Shown: one piece after another, positions 27,924 to 38,136 of the stretch | Layout of the letters: each line of letters begins with the position of its first letter | Position numbering within the stretch: position 1 is the first letter of the stretch | NCBI GenBank assembly: GCA_964412525.1 | Contig: CAYPOX010000005.1 | Coordinates: forward strand, 1 to 50,611 | DNA length: 50,611 nt | Source of the DNA: an uncultured Caulobacterales bacterium | Lineage (GTDB): Bacteria; Pseudomonadota; Alphaproteobacteria; Caulobacterales; CAYPOX01 | Direction: 5' to 3' | The notes under the pieces: model-generated | Told to the model about the DNA's origin: nothing | Databases searched by the model: none | The model's input: only the letters and a program-made list of their open reading frames with translations | Made by a program: the position numbers and the translations under genes

Positions 27924-29474
27924 TCAAATCGCCTTGAGAACTTCGTCCGCCGTCCGTGCCGCCAACGCATAGGCGGTGAATGTAGGGTTCGCCGCGCCCG
28001 CGGTCGGAAAAAGCCCCGGGCCGGCGATGATCAGATTTTCGTGGTCGTGCGTACGGCCAAAGGAGTCGCAGACGGAGGCGGCCGGATCGTCGCCCATGAT
28101 CGTCCCGCCCATCATATGGGCGTGGCCGACGGGTCCGAACCAAACCTCCTCGGCCCCGGCGGCCTGCATCACCCGTTCGCCCTCCTGACGCGCCAACTCC
28201 CGAAGCGCGAGGGTGTTCTCGTCAAACCGGTGCGTGATCTTCGCCGTACGCGCCCCGTCCGGCCCCTCCACGTCAGAGAGCTCGATGCGGCTTTCCCGAC
28301 GCGGCAACTCCTCCGCCATGTTCAACATATTGGCGAGGTGGTGGACCGCGCGGTCCATGAAGGCGTGGAGCGCCGGCCCAAACAGGTCTGCCCGGCTTGT
28401 TGCGACCCCGGCCAAGTCGTTCGGCTTGATGGCCGGCGCGATCAGCCATTGGTGGCTGCCGAACGGTCCTCCGTCGCCGCGGTCCTTGGGATAGCCCGCA
28501 TGGCTCATCAAATGGGCGCCGGAGACGCCGAAGAAATTGTCCGTGCGGTCGGGGAACATGCCGAAGGTCGGCGTAAGCGCATGGGCCATGAAATAGGCGC
28601 CGAGGAGCCCGCTGCGATTGGCGAGGCCGTTCGGATGATCAGCGTCCGCGGAGTTGAGCAGAATGACCGGGTTATGAACGACCGACGCCGCCAGAATCAC
28701 CGTGTCGGCGCGCAAGGTGCGGATCCGGCCCTCCGAATCCCCATAGCGCAGGGATGTGATCCGTCCCCTCTCGGCGACCAGTTTGGAGACATAGGCGCGC
28801 GTGCGAAACTCCGCGCCGGCCGCTTTTGCGCGCGGAATGTCCTCCACCAACGGATTCCAAAGCGCGTTGATCGGGCAGCCGGCGTCGCACCACCCGTCAT
28901 AGATGCAGGGCGCGCGGCCCTTATAGGGCTCGGTCAAGATCGCCATCGGCGCCGGAAACGTCGGAATGCCGAGCGCATCAAAGCCGCGCTTCAGGACAGT
29001 CGCCTGAGTCAGCGGCGGCACCGGCCGTAACGGATAGGGATCTCCGGGCGGACGCAAGGTTTCGATCGTCGCGTCGCCGCTGACGCCAACCTCCGCTTGG
29101 ATGCGGTCATAGAACGGGCGAAGATCCCCATAATCGATCGGCCAATCCAATCCGCGCCCATAAGTCGACCGGACCTTGAAGTCCGACTCCCTTAAGCGCG
29201 GCCAGGTCCCATAATGGTGCAAGGCCGCGCCGCCCAACCCCCATCCCCCATTGAAGCCGTAGCCATAGGGCCGGTCGCCGGCCGCAATCACCGGCGGACC
29301 GCCCCATCGCAAGCGGCGAGACCAGATCTGGCTGGAGACCAGATCTTCCATCTCCCAAGCGGGACCAGCCTCGAGAACCGTGACGGCTTTTCCGGCCTCG
29401 GCGAATCGGCGAGCCAGATACGCGCCGGTCGCGCCCGCGCCCACGATCGCGACCTCGGTCTCCTTCCTCACCAT
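27924..29474 (-). CDS. GMC family FAD oxidoreductase, large subunit
   Basis: IVGAGATG, LGGAALHH, CIYDGWCDAGCP Fe-S-type motif, HMMGGTIMG, ANPTFT. Confidence 0.92.
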   Translation of the reverse strand: MVRKETEVAIVGAGATGAYLARRFAEAGKAVTVLEAGPAWEMEDLVSSQIWSRRLRWGGPPVIAAGDRPYGYGFNGGWGLGGAALHHYGTWPRLRESDFKVRSTYGRGLDWPIDYGDLRPFYDRIQAEVGVSGDATIETLRPPGDPYPLRPVPPLTQATVLKRGFDALGIPTFPAPMAILTEPYKGRAPCIYDGWCDAGCPINALWNPLVEDIPRAKAAGAEFRTRAYVSKLVAERGRITSLRYGDSEGRIRTLRADTVILAASVVHNPVILLNSADADHPNGLANRSGLLGAYFMAHALTPTFGMFPDRTDNFFGVSGAHLMSHAGYPKDRGDGGPFGSHQWLIAPAIKPNDLAGVATSRADLFGPALHAFMDRAVHHLANMLNMAEELPRRESRIELSDVEGPDGARTAKITHRFDENTLALRELARQEGERVMQAAGAEEVWFGPVGHAHMMGGTIMGDDPAASVCDSFGRTHDHENLIIAGPGLFPTAGAANPTFTAYALAARTADEVLKAI

Positions 29475-30049
29475 GGTTTGGGCGGATCGATATGATGCAT
29501 GCGTTCGACCTGGAGCCGGTCAAAGCCTTCCGGAGATCCGTAATAGACGTCGACCGCGTCGCTGCGCGCGACAAAGTAGAACAACGGCGCCGGCGGACCG
29601 GCCCAACCCTCCGGCTGCGCCGCGGCGATGGCGCCGATCAGGGAGGCCGCGTCGGCGTCCGACGTCTCGGTGAAGGGCCGTCCGAAACGCATGGCCGCGA
29701 GCTGGTCCAAACCTGCAGCCCCATCACGGTAAAACGACGCCGCGTCGCCCGGCCAATCCATGTAACGGAGTATGGAAAGATTGGCCTCGCGGGGGCCGGC
29801 CGAGACCGCGTCAATGAAATGGGTGAAGCCGGCCGCCGTGGCCCCGGGAACCAGGACGTCGCCCAGACGATCCAGAACCCGGACCGTGTCCGGAGCCAGC
29901 ACGCGAAAGGCCGCGCCCGCCGCGCGGGCCTCTTCCGGCGTCAAGCGCTCCGCGCAACCGCCGACGAGATAGACGAAGAGCGCGCCCGCGCCCCCGACGA
30001 TCTGCCGTCGATGGGGCGCGCAGCTTTTCGCGGCCATGGATCGGCTCAA
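29468..30049 (-). CDS. gluconate 2-dehydrogenase subunit 3-like small subunit with Tat signal
   Basis: RRQIV twin-arginine, hydrophobic stretch ending LVGGC, LVPGATAAGFTHFID, YYGSPEGF; TTG start overlaps the receptor stop (alternative ATG 30037). Confidence 0.85.
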   Translation of the reverse strand: MSRSMAAKSCAPHRRQIVGGAGALFVYLVGGCAERLTPEEARAAGAAFRVLAPDTVRVLDRLGDVLVPGATAAGFTHFIDAVSAGPREANLSILRYMDWPGDAASFYRDGAAGLDQLAAMRFGRPFTETSDADAASLIGAIAAAQPEGWAGPPAPLFYFVARSDAVDVYYGSPEGFDRLQVERMHHIDPPKPW

Positions 30050-32598
30050 TATTGGAACCGAAGCTGGAGTTGATAGGTCCGCGGCGGCTGGAAGGAGATT
30101 TCGTTGCTGCCGCTGTTGGTGGCCAAGTCAAAACCCTGCACGCCGATGCGCTCATCCGCGATGTTGTTGACCGCAAACGCAACCTGGTAGCGGTTGCCGT
30201 CGCTGGCCCACCCCAGGCGGGCGTTCACAAGCACGTAAGAATCGAACAGATCCGCATCGAAGTTACGAAGATTGTAGAAGTATTCGTCGGAATAGGAGAT
30301 GACGCCGAGCGCAGAGGCGTAACCGCCGAACATGGGCCACTCATAGCGAATGAGACCGTTCGCCTGAAACTCCGGCGCGTAGACCGGATCGACGTCGCTG
30401 ACCGGTGCGCCATCTCCGATCCGTAGAGGCACGTCTTCGACGGTGGCGTCGAAATAGGCGAAGCCCGCCGCAAGATCGAGGCCTTCAATCGGCGTCGCCT
30501 GGATCTCCCATTCGGTTCCGATCGTGTTCGCGTCGGCGTTGACGACGAAGCCCGCCACGCCGGTGAAAAGGAACGCCTGATAGTCCGTGTAGTCGTAGTA
30601 GAAGATGTTGCCGTTGAGGCGCATCTTCCCGTTGAACCAGTCCGACTTGAAGCCGCCTTCAAAAGATAGGAGGGCCTCGCGGTCATAGGGGATGAATTCC
30701 GCGACATTCGCCACGGGGGCGCCGCCGGCGAGTTGGGCGTTGTAGCTCGGCGCTTTCACGCCGCGATTGACGCCCGCATAGAAGAGAAGGTTGTCCGTCG
30801 GCGTGTAGTCCAATTGCACCTTACCCGACCAAAGCGTGTCGTTACGCTCGTCGGTGAAGTCCTGCGGCACGCCGTTCTCGTCAAAGATCGGGCCGATCTG
30901 GAACGGGGTCCCAACGCCGAACTGACGCGAGTCGACGGTGTTGTAGATGTTTTGTGCGAACACATAATCCTTGTTCTCGAACACGACCCGCACGCCGCCG
31001 ATCAAAGTGAGATTGGAGAGCACGGACTGTTCGATTTGCCCGAACAAGGAAAACGAATTGGTTTTCAATGTGGCGTCCGATTGCAAGTCGAACGGAGCGC
31101 CGGGCACCACCGAGCCGACCGGAAATTTCAGTCCGTTCGCCGACGTGGTGTCAATGTTCAAATAGAAGAGGCCGGCCGTCCAATTTCGCGTTGGACCGTC
31201 GCCGGCGATCCGCAATTCCTGGGTGATGCTGCGCGAGTCCACGCCCGCAAAGTTCGCGGACACGTTGGCGGGCCCGGCGTCGACATCGATGAAAAGCTCT
31301 TTGAAGTAGTCTTTGTAGTCGCCGATATAGAAGATGGTCAGGTTGTCAGACAGCTCATAGGTGGCGCGCGCCGAGCCGCCGAGCGTGCGAACCCGACCGA
31401 TGTCGTCAAAAGCGAAGTCGCTCGAGAAGGTGAAGTCTTCACCGTCCGGATCGCGATAACCGAAGAAATCGCCGCCTGGCGCCGCTCGGCCGATCGGCCC
31501 GTCGGCCGGCGTTCCGAACACGCCGTCATTGTCGGCGTCCCCGCCGAGATCAATCCCTGCCGGACCAATGGACGTGCGGCTTTCATTCGGCGCCACGTCG
31601 ATGACGTTGATGAGCTCAAGATTTCCTTCGAACTGGGTCGAGGTGAGAATGCCTTCCGGATTCTCCTCAAACACGCCGATCGTCGGTTTGGCTTGATAGG
31701 GACCAACGCTGAGCTCCGATCGCGCGCCGTTGAAGGCGAAGCCGAACTCCAATCGATCCGTCGCTTTGTAGGCGATCTGAAAACGACCGGCGATGGTGTC
31801 GTCGTCGCCCAAATCCGCCCCGGCGTCCGGTCCCGGCGCATCGCCGAACGGCGCTTGGATAAGGCCGGCGTCCGCGAGCCCAAAGGTGGCGCCGCCAATG
31901 GCGCCCTCCGGATATCGGTTTTGCAGAAGCGGCTCTTGATAATCGTAGAGAACCGAGGCCCGGAACGCCAAGTTTTCAGAGATCGGACCGCCGATCGCGG
32001 CTTCGGTGCGGATCTGATAGGCGTCGGCTTCGGTCGCGAACCGGCTCGCTTGGATGTCGACATAGCCTTCATAGCCGTCGAAGCTGGGTTTGTTGGTGAT
32101 GTATTGGACCGCGCCGCCGGTGGCGTTACGGCCGAACAGCGTGCCCTGCGGACCCTTCAGATTTTCGACGCGGTCAATGTCGAACACGCCGAAGGTTTGG
32201 GCCTGGGCCACGGCCACATAGGTGTCGTCCACATACACCGCGATCGGAGCTTCCACGATGTCGTTGAAATCGTTTTGCGCGACGCCGCGGATGGTGAACT
32301 GGGTGTTTTGGCCGGCCAAGTTGCCCGAAATGTGGACGCCTGGCGTGAAGGAGGCCACATCGAAGCTGGTTTCGACGCCCAACTGGTCAAGCTGGGTCCC
32401 GGTGAAGGTCTGGATCGCGATCCCGACATCCTGTTCGCTCTGTTCACGCCGCTGCGCCGTGACCTGGATTTCCTCGATCACGCTGGTCTGAGCGAAAGCG
32501 GGCGTCGACGCGGCGAACCCCGTGACCAACGCCGCCAAAGATGCGCCGCCGCAGAGAACCGCGCGCGGCGGCCTCCGAATGCATTTCACGTGCAACAT
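30046..32598 (-). CDS. TonB-dependent receptor
   Basis: Signal peptide AFA-Q, EEIQVTAQRREQSEQDV, DIDRVENLKGPQGTLFGRNATGGAV, C-terminal FQY. Confidence 0.93.
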   Translation of the reverse strand: MLHVKCIRRPPRAVLCGGASLAALVTGFAASTPAFAQTSVIEEIQVTAQRREQSEQDVGIAIQTFTGTQLDQLGVETSFDVASFTPGVHISGNLAGQNTQFTIRGVAQNDFNDIVEAPIAVYVDDTYVAVAQAQTFGVFDIDRVENLKGPQGTLFGRNATGGAVQYITNKPSFDGYEGYVDIQASRFATEADAYQIRTEAAIGGPISENLAFRASVLYDYQEPLLQNRYPEGAIGGATFGLADAGLIQAPFGDAPGPDAGADLGDDDTIAGRFQIAYKATDRLEFGFAFNGARSELSVGPYQAKPTIGVFEENPEGILTSTQFEGNLELINVIDVAPNESRTSIGPAGIDLGGDADNDGVFGTPADGPIGRAAPGGDFFGYRDPDGEDFTFSSDFAFDDIGRVRTLGGSARATYELSDNLTIFYIGDYKDYFKELFIDVDAGPANVSANFAGVDSRSITQELRIAGDGPTRNWTAGLFYLNIDTTSANGLKFPVGSVVPGAPFDLQSDATLKTNSFSLFGQIEQSVLSNLTLIGGVRVVFENKDYVFAQNIYNTVDSRQFGVGTPFQIGPIFDENGVPQDFTDERNDTLWSGKVQLDYTPTDNLLFYAGVNRGVKAPSYNAQLAGGAPVANVAEFIPYDREALLSFEGGFKSDWFNGKMRLNGNIFYYDYTDYQAFLFTGVAGFVVNADANTIGTEWEIQATPIEGLDLAAGFAYFDATVEDVPLRIGDGAPVSDVDPVYAPEFQANGLIRYEWPMFGGYASALGVISYSDEYFYNLRNFDADLFDSYVLVNARLGWASDGNRYQVAFAVNNIADERIGVQGFDLATNSGSNEISFQPPRTYQLQLRFQY

Positions 32599-32635
32599 GC
32601 CCCCGTCTCCCCTCGTTTCGGCCCCACCGAAAAAA

Positions 32636-32649
32636 TTTTAGGCTTAAAA
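32636..32649. promoter_or_regulatory. operator copy 2
   Basis: TTTTA-GGCT-TAAAA with perfect arms, abutting the -10 of the receptor promoter. Confidence 0.75.
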
Positions 32650-32678
32650 GATTAGGATTCGAATTTTCCCGATGTCAA
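32649..32678 (-). promoter_or_regulatory. sigma70-type promoter of the TonB receptor-GMC operon
   Basis: Minus strand TTGACA-N18-TAATCT. Confidence 0.65.
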
Positions 32679-33220
32679 TTCGAACTGGGCTTCGAGTCGG
32701 GCGTCGGCGGCGACTGGTGATCAGGCTCAAACGCTTCGTGACCCAGATTGTCGCCCACGCGACGCAGCAAGGCGTTGAGGGTCTCCACGTCCTGTCCGGA
32801 CAACCCCCGGACGGCGACCAAAAACAGCGACGACGCAGCGGCTTGGACGCGTTCTAAGCGTTGCCGACCACGCGGGGTCAAACAGACTTCCGTGACGCGC
32901 GCATCGCTTTCCCGACGGCGACAAACCACGTTCCCTTCCGCCTGCATGCGCTGGACGACGCGCGTGATCGTCGAGAGCTTCATCACGGCCAGCTCCGCGA
33001 TTTCGCTGACGCTGGCCGGATCGCGCTCATTGAGGATCATCAGTGCGCGCCAGGTGGGTCGGTCGACGCCCACTTGGGCGAGGGCGTTCAGCAACGTTGC
33101 GTTGTACCGTTCCGCCGCGCGGTTCATCAGGAAAAACGGATAGTCGTTCAGACGAAACCTTGGCTCATCCGGGGTCGCACGCCGAATGGCGTCGCTGATC
33201 TCGTCATCTCCTGAGGTCAT
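32675..33220 (-). CDS. MarR family regulator, IacR/IadR-like
   Basis: FRLNDYPFFLM..WRALMILNE..SVSEIAELAVMKLSTITRVVQRM..DARVTEV; resembles my recollection of the indole-3-acetate regulator IacR. Confidence 0.85.
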   Translation of the reverse strand: MTSGDDEISDAIRRATPDEPRFRLNDYPFFLMNRAAERYNATLLNALAQVGVDRPTWRALMILNERDPASVSEIAELAVMKLSTITRVVQRMQAEGNVVCRRRESDARVTEVCLTPRGRQRLERVQAAASSLFLVAVRGLSGQDVETLNALLRRVGDNLGHEAFEPDHQSPPTPDSKPSSN

Positions 33221-33241
33221 CCCTCATCCGGATAGTTGCAT

Positions 33242-33253
33242 AATCACGTGATT
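33242..33253. promoter_or_regulatory. perfect palindrome AATCACGTGATT between marR and iorA
   Basis: 12-bp palindrome preceded by TAGTTGCA in an 88-bp divergent gap. Confidence 0.45.
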
Positions 33254-33308
33254 TCAGTAGCGTTCCATGAAATTTCCGGCACGTAAATCCGAGAAATGGG
33301 GGCGCGGC

Positions 33309-35435
33309 ATGGCCGAACGTTCGTTCGCCAAGGAGGTGCAAAAGCTGCGGGCGGGAGCCGGCGCGACCTTTGAAGGCGAGGGCATTTTGGCGGTCGCCAA
33401 AGCGCTCTTGCAGTCCGGCGTTTCTTATGTCGGCGGTTATCAGGGCTCCCCGATCTCCCATTTGATGGACGTGTTTTCGGACGCCAATCCGATCCTGACG
33501 GAATTGGGCGTCCACTTTGAAGCGAGCGCCTCCGAGGCGACGGCGGCCGCGATGTTGGCGGCGTCGGTGAACTATCCCCTGCGCGGCGCGGTCACATGGA
33601 AGTCCACGGTCGGCACGAATGTGGCGTCGGATGCGCTCGCAAATGTGGCGTCCGGCGGCGTTACAGGCGGCGCACTCGTCATCGTCGGCGAGGATTACGG
33701 CGAAGGCTCCTCGATCATGCAGGAGCGAAGCCACGCCTTCGCGATGAAGTCGCAGATGTGGCTTCTCGATCCGCGCCCCAATCTGACCAGCATTGTGGAG
33801 TCGGTGGAGACCGGGTTCGAGCTTTCCGAGGCGTCAAGCACGCCGGTCATGCTCGAACTCCGCATCCGCGCCTGCCACATGACCGGACGTTTCGAAGCCA
33901 AAGACAATGTCCGCCCCGCCTTCGGCTTGAAGGACGCGCTGGACGGACCGGTTCGGGACACCAACCGGATCGTTTTGCCGCCGGCGAATTTCCTGCACGA
34001 GGCGGAGAAGATCGAACGTCGCTGGCCGGCTGCGATCGATTTCATTCGATCTCGCAAGCTCAATGAGCTTTTCGGTCCCAAAGACGGCGAGGTGGGCCTG
34101 ATCATCCAAGGCGGCCTCTACAACACCGTCATGCGTGCGCTTGAACTGCTCGGTTTCGCAGACGCTTTCGGCGAGTCGCGCATTCCCGTCTTATGCCTGA
34201 ACGTGACCTACCCATTGGTCGAAGATGAGATCGTGACGTTCTGCCAAGGCAAGAAGGCCGTGTTGATGGTCGAAGAAGGCCAACCGGAATTCATCGAACA
34301 GGCGGTCAACACGAACTTGCGCCGCGCAGACGTGCAAACCCCCGTCGATGGAAAAAACCGTCTGCCCCGCGCCGGAGAATATACGGGGGACGTGTTGCGC
34401 AACGGCTTGCGCGCGTTTTTCGACGCGCACGAGGTGGCGTCGCCATTGAGCGTCGCCGCTCCCGAACCGATCGCCGATCTGAAATCGGTGGTTCCTCCAA
34501 GACCTGCCGGTTTTTGCACGGGCTGTCCGGAGCGCCCGATCTTCACGGCTATGAAACTGGTCGAGCGGGAGCTTGGGCCCAGCCATGTCTCCTGCGACAT
34601 TGGTTGCCATCTTTTCTCGATTCTGCCGCCTTTCGAAATCGGCAACACCACGATGGGCTACGGACTCGGGGCCGCCGGCGCCTCCGCGTTCAAGTCCGAG
34701 GGCGGGAAGCGCGCGATCGCCGTCATGGGCGACGGCGGTTTTTGGCACAACGGCCTCACCAGCGGCGTCGGAAACGCCGTTTTCAATGAGAGCGACAATG
34801 TCCTTCTCATCGTGGACAACGGCTATTCGGCGGCCACCGGCGGGCAGGACATTCTCTCTTCGCGCAAGCCCAATCCCGTGCGCTCGACGCGCCATCGGAT
34901 CGAAAAGGCCGCGCGCGGCGTGGGCGTGAAGTGGCTCCGGACGGTCAAAACCTATGATCTGAAGCGCATGACCAAAGCGCTCAAAGACGCGCTCACCACC
35001 GCGCAAAAGGGGCCGAAGGTCATCGTCGCCTATTCGGAATGCATGTTGAATCGGCAGCGCCGGGAGAAGCCGCTGCTCAAACAGGCGATCAAAGAGGGCA
35101 AACGCGTGGTGCAAGAGCGCTACGGCGTCGATGACGACACCTGCACGGGCGACCACTCATGCATCCGGCTTTCCGGCTGCCCGTCGCTGAGCATCAAAGA
35201 CAATCCGGACCCGCTCCGCGACGAACCGATCGCCCATGTCGAGCAGTCCTGCGTGGGCTGCGGCCATTGCGGGGAGGTGGCCCACGCCGCGGTTCTCTGC
35301 CCGTCCTTTTATCGCGCGCAGATCGTCCATAACCCCACCCAAGTGGATCGACGCCTCGACCGTTTCCGCGCCACGATCATCGGCGCGCTGCAAGCACGCG
35401 CCGACCGCGCCCGCGCGCGCCGGGCGGCGGTCTGA
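33309..35435 (+). CDS. iorA: indolepyruvate:ferredoxin oxidoreductase-family alpha subunit
   Basis: GYQGSP, FCTGCPERP, CDIGCH, TPP motif GDGGFWH..DN, C-terminal ferredoxin Cys motifs; start MAERSF. Confidence 0.92.
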   Translation: MAERSFAKEVQKLRAGAGATFEGEGILAVAKALLQSGVSYVGGYQGSPISHLMDVFSDANPILTELGVHFEASASEATAAAMLAASVNYPLRGAVTWKSTVGTNVASDALANVASGGVTGGALVIVGEDYGEGSSIMQERSHAFAMKSQMWLLDPRPNLTSIVESVETGFELSEASSTPVMLELRIRACHMTGRFEAKDNVRPAFGLKDALDGPVRDTNRIVLPPANFLHEAEKIERRWPAAIDFIRSRKLNELFGPKDGEVGLIIQGGLYNTVMRALELLGFADAFGESRIPVLCLNVTYPLVEDEIVTFCQGKKAVLMVEEGQPEFIEQAVNTNLRRADVQTPVDGKNRLPRAGEYTGDVLRNGLRAFFDAHEVASPLSVAAPEPIADLKSVVPPRPAGFCTGCPERPIFTAMKLVERELGPSHVSCDIGCHLFSILPPFEIGNTTMGYGLGAAGASAFKSEGGKRAIAVMGDGGFWHNGLTSGVGNAVFNESDNVLLIVDNGYSAATGGQDILSSRKPNPVRSTRHRIEKAARGVGVKWLRTVKTYDLKRMTKALKDALTTAQKGPKVIVAYSECMLNRQRREKPLLKQAIKEGKRVVQERYGVDDDTCTGDHSCIRLSGCPSLSIKDNPDPLRDEPIAHVEQSCVGCGHCGEVAHAAVLCPSFYRAQIVHNPTQVDRRLDRFRATIIGALQARADRARARRAAV

Positions 35436-35437
35436 TC

Positions 35438-36928
35438 ATGGCGGCGGAGGGACGCGTCTCCATCGCCGTGATGGCGTTGGGCGGCCAGGGCGGCGGCGTC
35501 CTCACCGAATGGATCGTCGAAACCCTTTCCCATGCCGGTTACCGCGTGCAGTCGACGTCGGTGCCGGGGGTCGCGCAACGCACGGGGGCCACGATCTATT
35601 ACGTGGAGGCGACCCCGGAGCAGGCGGCGCGGGGCCGCGATCCCGTGCTCGCTCTGATGCCGGTTCCCGGCGACGTCGACGTGGTCATCGCCGCCGAATG
35701 GATGGAGGCCGGCCGCGCCATGGTGCGCGGCTTCGTGACGCCGGACCGCACGACATTGATCGCCTCCACGAGCCGCATGTACGCCATTAGCGAAAAGGGC
35801 GCGATGAGCGATGGCCGCGCCGACGCGGACGCGGTGCGCAAGGCTGCCGAGAAATCCGCCAAGCGGCTCATCGCATTCAACCTGCAAGCGTCGGCGGACG
35901 CCGTCGGCGGCGTGATCAGTGCGCCGCTTTTCGGCGCGCTCGCGGGCTCCGGCGCACTTCCGATCGATCGCGCGGCGTTTGAAGAGACGATCCGGCGAGG
36001 CGGCGTCGCCGTTGAGGCCAATTTGGCCGGATTCGCCGCCGGGTTCGACGGAGCCGTTTCACCACCCGACGATTCGCGCAACCGCACGGCCCAGAACGCG
36101 GAGCCGTCGTCGACGCCCCTTGGGCGCCGCATCACGGAACGGTTCCCGGCGCCGGTCGCCGAGATCGCGATGGAGGGTGCGCGGCGCTGCGCCGATTATC
36201 TGGACCGGCGCTACGCGGAAAACTATGTCACGTGGCTCGAAGGGGTGTTCGCTTCGGACCGGTCGGCGGAGAACGCCGTTACTCTCGAAACGGCCAAACG
36301 TCTTGCGCTTTGGATGTGTTATGAAGACGCCATTCGCGTGGCGGATCTCAAAACGCGGAGCGGACGTTTTGCACGCGTGCGCGACGAGGCGCGCGTCAAG
36401 GCGGACCAAATCGTGTACATTTCGGAATTCATGCATCCGCGCGTCCAGGAGATTTGCGACATCCTGCCGGCGCCTCTCGGCCGCTTCATCCTCAAATCCC
36501 ACTGGGCTTCGCGCATCCTGAGCTTCTTTTTCGGACATGGCCGGCGCGTCGCGACCAGCAAGCTGCGCGGCTTCCTCCAACTCTACGCTTTGAGCCAACT
36601 GCGTCCATTGCGCCGGACGAGCATGCGTTTCCACGATGAACAAGCGCGGATCGGCGCTTGGCTCGACGCGATCAAGGCCACGTCGCAGGATCCGGCGCTC
36701 GCCAAGGAGATCGCCGCCTGCCAACGACTGGTCAAAGGTTATGGAGACACCTTTGAGCGCGGCTTGCGGAACTATCAGGCGGTCATGAACGCCCTGCCCC
36801 AAATCAAGGCGCACGAAACGCCGGCCGGAGCCTTGGCGGATCTTCGCCGCGCGGCCCTCAAGGACGAACACGGAGACGCGCTCCAATCGGCGCTTGATGC
36901 GATGGCGTTGCGCAAAGAGGCGGCCTAG
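35438..36928 (+). CDS. iorB: indolepyruvate oxidoreductase-family beta subunit (long form)
   Basis: ALGGQGGGVL, VPGVAQRTGATIYY, LALWMCYED.IRVADLK, LVKGYGDT. Confidence 0.9.
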   Translation: MAAEGRVSIAVMALGGQGGGVLTEWIVETLSHAGYRVQSTSVPGVAQRTGATIYYVEATPEQAARGRDPVLALMPVPGDVDVVIAAEWMEAGRAMVRGFVTPDRTTLIASTSRMYAISEKGAMSDGRADADAVRKAAEKSAKRLIAFNLQASADAVGGVISAPLFGALAGSGALPIDRAAFEETIRRGGVAVEANLAGFAAGFDGAVSPPDDSRNRTAQNAEPSSTPLGRRITERFPAPVAEIAMEGARRCADYLDRRYAENYVTWLEGVFASDRSAENAVTLETAKRLALWMCYEDAIRVADLKTRSGRFARVRDEARVKADQIVYISEFMHPRVQEICDILPAPLGRFILKSHWASRILSFFFGHGRRVATSKLRGFLQLYALSQLRPLRRTSMRFHDEQARIGAWLDAIKATSQDPALAKEIAACQRLVKGYGDTFERGLRNYQAVMNALPQIKAHETPAGALADLRRAALKDEHGDALQSALDAMALRKEAA

Positions 36929-36930
36929 CG

Positions 36931-38136
36931 ATGCGCGACGCGTACATTGTTGATGGCGTCCGCACGCCGATCGGACGCTATGCCGGGGCGCTATCGAGCG
37001 TCCGGACCGATGACCTGGCCGCCCATATCTTGCGGGCGCTGCTTGACCGGCATTCCAATCTCGACACGAATGCACTCAGCGAGGTCGCGCTTGGCTGCGC
37101 CAACCAGGCCGGGGAAGACAACCGAAACGTCGCGCGCATGGCGTCCCTGATCGCTGGCGTCCCTGAGACCGTGCCGGGCCTCACGATCAATCGTCTATGC
37201 GCTTCCGGATTGGATGCGGTCATCCATGGGGCGCGCGCCTTGCGTTGCGGCGAGGCGGATCTTGTTTTGGCCGGCGGCGTGGAGAGCATGTCGCGCGCGC
37301 CTTTTGTGCTGTCCAAGGCGCCGCAGCCTTTCTCGCGCGAGGTTAGCATCGCCGACACCACGATCGGTTGGCGTTTCGTCAATGCGAAAATTGAAGAGCA
37401 GTATGGCGTGGAATCGATGGGCGAGACGGCGGAGAACGTGGCGGAGGCCCACGCGATCACGCGCGTCGACCAGGACGCTTTCGCGCTGCGTTCTCAAATG
37501 CGCGTGGCGAAAACGCTGGCGGCCGGGCTCTATGGCGATGAAATCGCGCCGACTCCAGTTCCTCAGCGCCGCGGCGACCCGATCCTTGTCGATCGCGATG
37601 AGCATCCCCGTGCGGATGCGACAGCCGAAAGCTTGGCGCATTTGAAGCCAGCCTTCCGGCGCGGCGGAACGGTCACCGCCGGCAACGCCTCAGGCGTGAA
37701 TGACGGGGCCGCCGCGCTCTTGCTCGCAAGCGAGCCGAGCGCCGCACGTCACAGTCTCGAACCCCGCACGCGGATCGTGGCCGCCGCGACCGCGGGCGTG
37801 GCTCCGCGCGTCATGGGACTCGGTCCGATCCCCGCGACCGATATCGCGCTGCAGCGGGCCGATCTCAACATGGATCAGATCGACGTCATTGAGTTGAACG
37901 AAGCGTTTGCGGCTCAGGTGCTCGCCTGTACGCGCGCCTGGGGCCTCGCTGACGATGATCCGCGCGTGAACGCCGACGGCGGCGCGATCGCGCTCGGGCA
38001 CCCTTTGGGCATGACCGGCGCGCGATTGGTGATCGCCGCCACGCGCCGCCTCCATGCGGAAAACGGGCGCTACGGCTTGGCGACACTGTGCGTCGGGGTC
38101 GGTCAGGGCGTGGCGGTCATCCTGGAGCGGGTCTAA
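36931..38136 (+). CDS. 3-oxoadipyl-CoA-type thiolase (PcaF/PaaJ family)
   Basis: [43 protein letters not shown]. Confidence 0.92.
   Translation: MRDAYIVDGVRTPIGRYAGALSSVRTDDLAAHILRALLDRHSNLDTNALSEVALGCANQAGEDNRNVARMASLIAGVPETVPGLTINRLCASGLDAVIHGARALRCGEADLVLAGGVESMSRAPFVLSKAPQPFSREVSIADTTIGWRFVNAKIEEQYGVESMGETAENVAEAHAITRVDQDAFALRSQMRVAKTLAAGLYGDEIAPTPVPQRRGDPILVDRDEHPRADATAESLAHLKPAFRRGGTVTAGNASGVNDGAAALLLASEPSAARHSLEPRTRIVAAATAGVAPRVMGLGPIPATDIALQRADLNMDQIDVIELNEAFAAQVLACTRAWGLADDDPRVNADGGAIALGHPLGMTGARLVIAATRRLHAENGRYGLATLCVGVGQGVAVILERV

Noticed and set aside
32581-32600. CACGTG-centred near-palindrome at the receptor start, resembling the 33242 palindrome
   Set aside because: Only the 6-bp core is clearly shared and it lies in coding sequence; too weak to call
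30733-32655. 640-aa plus-strand ORF
   Set aside because: Antisense shadow of the third TonB receptor
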